Shown here one piece after another: positions 51,631-60,515 of a stretch of DNA of 60,515 nt; position 1 is the first letter of the stretch, and every line of letters starts with the position of its first letter. Made by a program: the position numbers and the translations under genes. The stretch spans positions 1 through 60,515 of the forward strand of contig NW_021832561.1 of assembly GCF_006345805.1 (NCBI RefSeq), given 5' to 3'. Below the pieces are notes generated by a model that did no database searches, had not been told where the DNA came from, and was given only the letters and a program-made list of their open reading frames with translations. Source of the DNA: Octopus sinensis. Its lineage: Eukaryota.

Positions 51631-51857
51631 TATTGTTTTTTTCTGTTTTAAGACTCTCGCTAGCGTTTCGCCAGACTCATTGTCTTTATGTGAGTCGAGT
51701 CACTGGAGAAGTGGTTCATTATTCTCTAAACGTTTCCGTCCGAAGGATCCACAGGTTACTGTTCTTCGCTGTTAGTTAAATAGATAAATAGATTGTAAGA
51801 GTGAATCTGTCTCTTTTGCATCCCTGGTTATCTTTCAGCTTGTATCTTTTATCTTTC

Positions 51858-52212
51858 CCTTGTTTCAATCATTAGACTGCGGCCATACTGGGGCACCGCC
51901 TCGAAGAATTGTTTTATTCGAACGAATCGATCACAGTAAATTTTTTAAAGCCTGGTATTTATTCTATTGGTCTCTTTCGCCGCACAGGTTAGGTACGGTG
52001 ACGTAAACAAACCATCACCTGGTGTCAAACGCAAATACAAACACACACACACACACAAAGGGCTTCTTTCAGCTTCCGTCTACCAAATCCACCACTCACA
52101 AAGCTTTGGTCTACTCGAGGTTATTGCAGAAGACATTTGCCCGAGGTGCTATTGAACCCGGAATCATGCGGTCGAGGAGAAAACTTTCAACCACTCCACC
52201 ACGCCTGCACCT
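51858..52212 (-). mobile_element. SINE family A, diverged
   Basis: Collinear with 24185-24619. Confidence 0.8.
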
Positions 52213-52739
52213 ATGTTGTTTGTAATTCCGATGTAGAGAATCTTATTATTATTGAAGTTACAGCGTTTAAAACGTTCAAGATGAGTAAATCTCAGTTTTC
52301 TGTTTCTATTATCGCATAACCAACGTGTTTTTGCCAAAACTCGATAAATCACCTCCAGGAAGAAGTTTTATTCGACGACAAACTCGCGAATTTACATTTC
52401 AAAAACAATTTTCGTGTCTCATGTGTTTATGGAACATTTTAAGGGTAAACATGGCAAAGGTTAGAAAATGTGACTGCTTTAGGGGAAATATAAACTTTAG
52501 CTAATACTGGTGACCCGAAGATTTCTCTACATTAAATTAGATCAATAGCCAAACACATGAGCGATTTCCTTGCTTAATCGATACCGTTTGTTACCACATT
52601 TAGCTAGCATTTGGAGTGAATCAACGGGAGAGCCACTGCCCAGTCCAATTGTTTTATTATTGCTAGAATTAGCAGCCAAATCTCTACCTAATCATACCAT
52701 ACATCCTTAGGGACAAAGCTACAATCTATCTCTGTGTGA

Positions 52740-52796
<57 letters not shown>

Positions 52797-52825
52797 ATAC
52801 AATATATATAGATATATCTGTATAT

Positions 52826-52950
52826 ACCAATGATACTGAGGACAGACGGATTGTCTGACAAGAGAGACACCACCACTACACGAAGACGGCGACGAGATGG
52901 AACTCTGATTTAGACAACCAGCATTTGTAATTCCATATATGTGTATGTAT
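52826..52950. repeat. 125-bp segment identical to 57528-57652
   Basis: Base-by-base identity from accaatgatactgagg to ccatatatgtgtatgtat. Confidence 0.95.
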
Positions 52951-52974
52951 CTGTATATATATATATATATATAG

Positions 52975-53304
52975 GTAAGGGGGTAAAGACCCCCTTCGGT
53001 CATGAGTGACCATGGGTTTGCACCTAGAGAGTTACCCTCTGAGGCACAAGTCTGGGCAAGGTTGTTTTATGGAAGACCAGTAGTCGCCCATGCATACCGG
53101 CCTCCCCTCCCCACGCCACCAGTGTTATCCAAGGGAAAGACAAAGGTCGATACAGCTTGGCACCTGTGACGTCACAACTCATTTCTACAGCTGAGTGAAC
53201 TGGAGCAACGTGAAATAAAGTGCTTTGCTCAAGAACACAACACGCAGCCCGGTCCGGGATTCGAGCTCACAACCTCACGATCGTAAGCTCGACGCTCTAA
53301 CCAC

Positions 53305-53305
<1 letters not shown>
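52975..53305 (-). mobile_element. tRNA-headed SINE family D
   Basis: Minus strand TGGTTAGAGCG..GCTCGAATCCC head; collinear with 17800-18090. Confidence 0.87.
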
Positions 53306-53335
<30 letters not shown>

Positions 53336-54216
53336 ATGCATACAAACACATCACATGCATATATACATAAATATATATGTTTATATATATAGCTACATAT
53401 ATGTACATATATACATAACCATGTATATATTTATGTATATAGATATACATACACATACACACATATACATACATGCATATATACATAATCATGTAGATGT
53501 GTGTGTGTATGCATACATGTGCAACCAACATTCATTTGTGCGTGCGTATATCTATATATATAAATACATACATGCTTATATATATACACACACAAACTTG
53601 TGTAATACAAACACATACACACTGACGCACATATTTGCATCTATTTACCTATGTAAACGACGGTGTATTGTGAACGGCTGTGGGTGCGAGCGAGGTTCTG
53701 CGCCCGCGTTTTCTGTGTAGCGTGTATGCATCTTTCATCTGTTCTCTCGAAATCACGTGATAATAAACTTAATTACAACAAGCTCCTCTTCTTTTCTTTT
53801 TTGTTTTGTTTTGTTTTCTTCCATAATAAGGATGAAAGTAATGACTGCTGGCAGAAACTTGTTTGAAAAACTAAGACAATAATCCAATATAAAAGAACAA
53901 ACCTAAGAAGCGAGACAGAAACAATGATGACAAGAACAACAACCACGATTCAGAAAGGCGAAGCAGAAAAACAAATTGAATTTATTTAAAATTTGTAAAT
54001 CATGAAGAGGTGAACAAGAGCTTAAATGGGTAATTAAGGAAAATTTGGAAAAGAAACTACAACAGCACGGCCGTGTATGAATAGAGATGTGGTTGCACTA
54101 ATAAATTGTTGAACATCTAATTTAGAAAATAAGAAATAAGATCACTGGCATCAAAACTGTTGACACCTGCAGCGCTCAAGGTGTTGAGATGTGAGGAGAC
54201 GCAAGGAACTGGGTGC

Positions 54217-54289
<73 letters not shown>

Positions 54290-54292
<3 letters not shown>

Positions 54293-54720
54293 CTTCTGAT
54301 GTAGTACCAGGCAGTGGCTCTCATGGCTTCCGATCTTAACTGATTGGAAGTGTTATCATGTACATTGTTTTGTCTTGGTATAAAAGGTGGGCTACAGCAA
54401 ATATTCTGCTCAATACCACAGATTTGCTTGTCAGTTGTTTGACCTTAACCAGTTGACCATGTCCCTTAGTGGCTGACGATATGTGCATCTCTGATCACGA
54501 GCAGAAGTAGTGGGGGAGCATCATAGCTATGTGTTGAGAGGGATTCTTTGGGGTTTGGATAATTCACCTTTGGAAACATGGGCGTTTCGTTCAACATCCT
54601 TAAACAATCCTTATTCAGGGACCTTTTGAGAGGGATGGGTTACTCGACCAGAAGGAAATTCTAACCGAGCCCCAACTTGCAAGGTCATGTGCTGTTTATC
54701 CTGATATGAGATCACTATGT
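54290..54720 (-). mobile_element. Family F retroposon 3' end with (TTA)n tail
   Basis: Reverse complement of 9535-9872; abuts (AAT)n at 54216-54289. Confidence 0.85.
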
Positions 54721-54879
54721 CTCGCACACATGGCACCCTTATCAGACGTGTAATCATGATGGGTATATTGGGCTTCGTATATTTTACCCCAGTGTCACTT
54801 TGTTTGCATTCACTGCTCTCTCACTCAATAATAATATTAATGATGATGATGATGATGTGTCTGAAATATGAAGGTACCA

Positions 54880-55440
54880 AAAGAAAAACTACACACAGGG
54901 ACAAAAGATGTAATAATATAACTTCGGGAAATGTAGCTAGCTATGGGGGCCAGTACCCAAAGAAATATATGTCCCCAACGTGGTATGTTACTTATTTTTA
55001 TTCGAAACACTCTCTGTCCCAGATAGATGGGAATTAAAGTGAACTCCTCCCTTTTTAATGGGACACTTGAGTGTTTTTGTGCGAGTGATTTCGATTGGAA
55101 TATGACCGTAATGTCGCCGAACTTGGCAACGTAGCAGACAATGCTGACTTCCTATCCATGTAGTCTTCAGGCACAGCTCGGTTTGGTCTGATGGTATTTT
55201 TTCTAGTATTCTTCTCATGGTCAGACAGCTGTACATGATTGTTCTTTTTCCTTTTTTTTTTCGGTTGCCTCTATCACGTTTTGAAGTACATTTAGCGTGG
55301 CCTTTATTTTCTCCACGTCTTATAATAATCTCATCTTCCCTAATAATTTCAAACTTATTTGTAACTTTTGCGAAGGAAAAGTTATTTCTATTTGAACCGT
55401 GTCTTTCTTTCTTTGAAATTTTACTGATTTGTATGGTGGT
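54880..55440 (-). pseudogene. Possible highly degenerate CR1/L2-type RT fragment
   Basis: Minus frame EVSIVCYVAKFGD..YLGQRVFRIKISN..WVLAP loosely follows the order LDFAKAFD / YLxxRxQRV / GSVLGP. Confidence 0.25.
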
Positions 55441-55482
55441 CGTAGTACATAGACTACTGTTAGTCATATTAGCACAATTTAA

Positions 55483-55720
55483 AGGCGGCGAGCTGGCAGA
55501 AACGTTAGCACGCCGGGCGAAATGCGTAGCCGTATTTCGTTTGCCGTTACGTTCTGGGTTCAAATTCCGCCGCGGTCGACTTTGCCTTTCATCCTTTCGG
55601 GGTCGATAAATTAAGTACCAGTTACGCACTGGGGTCGATGTAATCAACCTAATCTGTTTGTCTGTCCTTGTGTGTCCCCTCTGTATTTAGCCCCTTGTGG
55701 GTAGTAAAAAAATAGGTATT
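55483..55720 (+). mobile_element. SINE family B, full length
   Basis: Head aggcggcgagctggcagaaacgttagc, B box GGTTCAAATTCC, 3' end gccccttgtgggtagtaaaaaaataggtatt. Confidence 0.92.
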
Positions 55721-56140
55721 GGCACAATTTGCTGCTGCTAGTTATATTTCGTGCTTCCGTGATCGAATTCTCCTTACACCTGACACTTTCAATGTGGTTG
55801 TCGGTGTTGTCATTGGTTTTGCTACTCCACTTCCCCCTACCACTATCATTTACAGCTAGAGTGAGTGGGAGTGAGTGATGGCATATCCTCCCACTTCCCT
55901 CTCTATTTGACTCTCTGACAAAGATCACTACGCCATATTAAATTTTGAAAGGAAAACCTTTTTTACAAGTTATTTTTGCCCAGCAAGGCAAAAAACAAAA
56001 ATAATAATAACACTGTTAATCAGACCAATGTGAAGATAAAATGTAACAATAACAAACTTTTTTAAAGGTGAACAAGGCACATATTTATGGAGCTCCGAAA
56101 TACACGTCCAGCTCTGGCGACGATGATAATAATAATTACA

Positions 56141-56208
<68 letters not shown>

Positions 56209-56214
56209 AAGAAG

Positions 56215-56246
<32 letters not shown>

Positions 56247-56518
56247 GAACAACAACAACAACAACAACAAAACAACAAAAGCAACAATCAAACAACCTCA
56301 ACAAAATCAAGAAAAACAAGAATTTATTTCTTAGCCACAAGGCCTCCCGCCTACGAATAACACCTGAGGATATGGAGCTGACGAAATGGAAACATTTTTG
56401 AAGATGAGGCTCGAATTAAAGACGTTTCCAATCGATGTATTCAAATTTGATATAAATTAATAAAGCACAATAAAGCTATATAAAAAAAAACATCAGTAAA
56501 TAATTGAAACAAAAAATA

Positions 56519-56815
56519 TAGGTTGGAAAGTGTTGTCGCGTTTGAAGATGAGAAACAAACAAAGGATTTTTTGGTCTTAATTGATATATTTAATCAAGAT
56601 AATATTTTCCCCATTAACATAATCCCATCTATTCAGTATATTGCTAATCCTCTGTACTTGATATTCTTCAGATATCGAAGCAAAGAAGCACTCAATATCA
56701 TTTTTAGGCGCTTCATAATTAACGAACTGTTTTCCTTCTAAATAAAGTTGCACTGATCTGAAAAGATGATTACCTCCGCCTCTGAAGAATGCCTCGCAAT
56801 TTCCGAATGGCAATT
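56519..56815 (-). mobile_element. Mariner (DD34D, Hsmar1/Mos1-like) 3' end with TIR
   Basis: Minus-strand NHLFRSVQLYLEGKQFVNYEAPKNDIECFFASISEEYQVQRISNILNRWDYVNGENII matches the mariner C-terminus; taggttgg TIR-like start at 56519 preceded by TA. Confidence 0.8.
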
Positions 56816-56879
56816 AAGAGAGGTTCCACTTGAAAAGGGGAGATAATCAGAATAATCAAAATGTCTCCAAAACTAACAT

Positions 56880-57000
56880 ACCGATTTCTTTACTACCCAC
56901 AAGGGGCTAAACACAGAGGGGACAGACAAGGACAGACAAAGGGATTCTGTCGATTACATCGATCCCAGTGCGTAACTGGTACTTAATTTATCGACCCCGA
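56880..57000 (-). mobile_element. Family-B SINE 3' part
   Basis: tttactacccacaaggggctaaacacagagggg..gtcgattacatcga. Confidence 0.88.
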
Positions 57001-57010
57001 TAAATGTATC

Positions 57011-57093
<83 letters not shown>

Positions 57094-57184
57094 GTATATA
57101 TGTATATATATATATATATACACATATATATATGTATATATATACATATATATATATGTGTGTATATATATATATATATATAAT

Positions 57185-57231
<47 letters not shown>

Positions 57232-57364
57232 GTATATATGTATTATATATATATATACACATATATATATGTATATATATACATATATATATATGTGTGT
57301 ATATATATATATATTATATATATATATATATATACGTGGGCGTGTGTGTATGAAGTGAAAGACG

Positions 57365-57395
<31 letters not shown>

Positions 57396-57645
57396 CGACA
57401 GAATGAGACAGACAGAAAGAAAGTGGGTGGGGCAAAGAGGTATGTATATCAGAATCAACATTACAATGTGCTACAATTACGATTGTCACCAGTAGGCTTC
57501 TTCCGTCTCTGCATACGTAAAGCCTCCACCAATGATACTGAGGACAGACGGATTGTCTGACAAGAGAGACACCACCACTACACGAAGACGGCGACGAGAT
57601 GGAACTCTGATTTAGACAACCAGCATTTGTAATTCCATATATGTG

Positions 57646-57721
<76 letters not shown>

Positions 57722-57723
<2 letters not shown>

Positions 57724-57990
57724 CGGGAAGCTTTATGAAAATAAACAAAAGACGAAGGCAGGTGGAAAACAAACGAACATTGTATTAGTATGGCGCTCAG
57801 GAAATATAAATAAAACAAGTCTTTAACGTTTCGAGCCTACGCTCTTCAACAGAAAGATACACAGAGGAGAAAAACACAGAAAGAAGGAGAGAAAAAAAAA
57901 TGCGTGCAGTAGCTAACGAATCAACATGGCGATCTGATTTCGGCCAGAGGTCAAAGATCAAACATGAGACGCGAGAGGGAAATAAGGGGA
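57722..57990 (-). mobile_element. Probable Penelope pseudo-LTR-derived repeat carrying a hammerhead-like motif
   Basis: Homologous to 16835, 3400 and 3690; abuts (TA)n. Confidence 0.7.
57820..57857 (-). ncRNA. Minimal type-I hammerhead ribozyme-like motif (variant core CUGUUGA)
   Basis: UCUUU-CUGUUGA-A-GAGC-GUAG-GCUC-GAAAC-GUU-AAAGA: stem I 5 bp, stem II 4 bp, palindromic AACGUU stem III. Confidence 0.6.
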
Positions 57991-58027
57991 GATAATAGGG
58001 TTGAAAAAGGGGTTGAGGAACCAGCTA

Positions 58028-58375
58028 AAAGTGCGTGGGAGGGGTCTGGATGTGTGTATGTATAGGGTTGGTGTATGTATTAGTATGTATAAGGGTGGGT
58101 GGGGGTGTGTGTGTGTGTGTTGTGTATGAGAGTATTAGTAGTGCGTAGGATTGGTCTGGAGTGCGTATGTATGGGGTTGGTTGTATGTATTAGTATGTAT
58201 TAGTATGTATTAGTACGTATTGGTATGTATAGGTGTGTGTGTGTGTGAGAGAATATAAGTGCGTATGCGGGGTCTGGACGTGTGTAGTGTATGGGTTGGT
58301 GTAAGTATTAGTATGTACTAGTATGTATTAGTACGTATTAGTATGTATAGTTGGTGGGGTGTGTATTAGTATGGC
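58028..58375. repeat. Three ~110-120-bp tandem units with a 10-bp TATTAGTATG subrepeat
   Basis: agtgcgt..ggtctgga..gggttggt..gtattagtatg at ~58030, 58140, 58258. Confidence 0.8.
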
Positions 58376-58407
58376 ACATCATATGTGATGTGATGTGTAA
58401 AGTCATG

Positions 58408-58501
<94 letters not shown>

Positions 58502-58503
58502 AG

Positions 58504-58577
<74 letters not shown>

Positions 58578-58649
58578 CACTATCTAGAATAATGATAAGA
58601 ATCATTGCAAAACATGATAATGAAATGATAATAACAATAATGATACATA

Positions 58650-58717
<68 letters not shown>

Positions 58718-59799
58718 ATTATTATTATATTTTATTATTGTTATTTTTCTTCTTATTATTATTATTATTTTTCTTATTATTATTATTATTATTATTATTA
58801 TTTTATATTATTATTGTTATTATAGTAATAATAATAATCACTACAATAAAAACGATAACAGCTAAAACGACAACGACAGTCGTGTGATAACATCAGAAAC
58901 AGTGTGAAAAGAAGAGAAGGGTTGGTAGGTGTAGTAGCAGTGGTACTTTGCTGTTGTCGATAGTGGTAGTGTTGTTGTGGTGTTCAGGGTTGTCCTGATG
59001 ATGAGCCGGTGGTGGTATTGGCGGGGTTTAGTGATGTTGTTGGACGGTAATATACAAAAAGAATTTCTTTGTTAATGTGGTTGTTTTTTTTTTTCTTAAT
59101 TTTTTTTTATTTGTACTGATTTTGTATTTTTCAATATATATCCAAAGTCAAAAGTGTTTGTTGGTAGTTTCGATGTTGTCATTGTTATAGTTGTCGACGG
59201 TGAATGTTGTCGTTGATTCTATTGTTATTGGTGTCAGTGATGGTGGTGGTGGTGGTGGTGGTGGTCGTCGTCGTCGTCGTCGTGGAAGCAGGGATGATGG
59301 TGGTGGTGCTGCTGGTGCTGCTAGTGGTGCTGGTGGTCGGGTGATGGTGATTTTCATTCAGATACAAACACCCACGCTGAAGAAAACTATGACGATATAT
59401 GCAGAGGAAATATCTATAGGAGTTGAGAGATGCGACGTAGAGTAGAGAGAGATGTTCTCGCAGACAGATAAACGGAAACGAAGAAACACAAATAAACAAC
59501 TGCATATATATGTGTGTGTGGAGGTAGGTAGGTATATAGGTAGGTATATGCGTGCGTGTGTTGGTACTATATACATATATATATATATATATAATATATA
59601 TTATAATATATATATATATTAATATATATATATATATATATATATACAGGCAGACACATATATGCATACCATATTTATATTAATACACATATATATACAT
59701 ATACTTATGAATATATAGTGCTTGTGTGAAATTGTGATTGTTTGTGGTTGCATATTAATATAAACACTATATTAGCACAACAAAGAGCGTGTATATATA

Positions 59800-59832
<33 letters not shown>

Positions 59833-59841
59833 ACTAGATAC

Positions 59842-59878
<37 letters not shown>

Positions 59879-60134
59879 TGACATCTATGCATATATGAGT
59901 CTATGCGTTCGCATATTAATATAAACACTATATTAACAGAACAAAAAGCAATTTCAAAGCACTTGTAAATAACAATTCACCAGAGAAAACAAAAACAAGT
60001 ACGTATACACATTGGTGGATAAATACATATAAGAACGCATAAGAATGAATAAATACACATGCAACCAAACACACGCGCCAGCCGTGTTCACACTCACTCC
60101 CACTCCACCTACACACACTTCTATTATATAAATA

Positions 60135-60515
<381 letters not shown>

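Noticed and set aside
51651-51695. Hammerhead-like GAAAC plus palindrome on the minus strand
   Set aside because: The CUGANGA core and the UH triplet are missing.
54988-55647. 219-aa ORF
   Set aside because: The N-terminal third is antisense family-B SINE; the rest has no recognisable domain in this frame.

Overview
AT-rich, repeat-saturated animal genomic DNA, most likely an octopus/cephalopod intronic or intergenic window. That assignment is inferred from the density of (TA)n/(GATA)n/(CA)n/(TACA)n microsatellites and several tRNA-headed SINE families. No intact long CDS, rRNA or CRISPR array is present. Nearly all supplied ORFs, including the 1234-aa one, are simple-repeat read-through. 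Supported content: a 3.7-kb 13-bp GGAATGATGGAAA satellite; a decayed Penelope-like retroelement (RT plus GIY-YIG, Naiad-like) at about 18.8-20.6 kb; a decayed maT-like Tc1/mariner transposase, a mariner 3' end, a Tigger-like MITE and a foldback element; and at least five SINE families, often nested or in tandem. There is also a candidate signal-peptide exon of a minus-strand host gene (37101-37170). Best second-look item: a dispersed family carrying a minimal type-I hammerhead-ribozyme fold with a variant core (CUGUUGA), best preserved at 57820-57857 (-).
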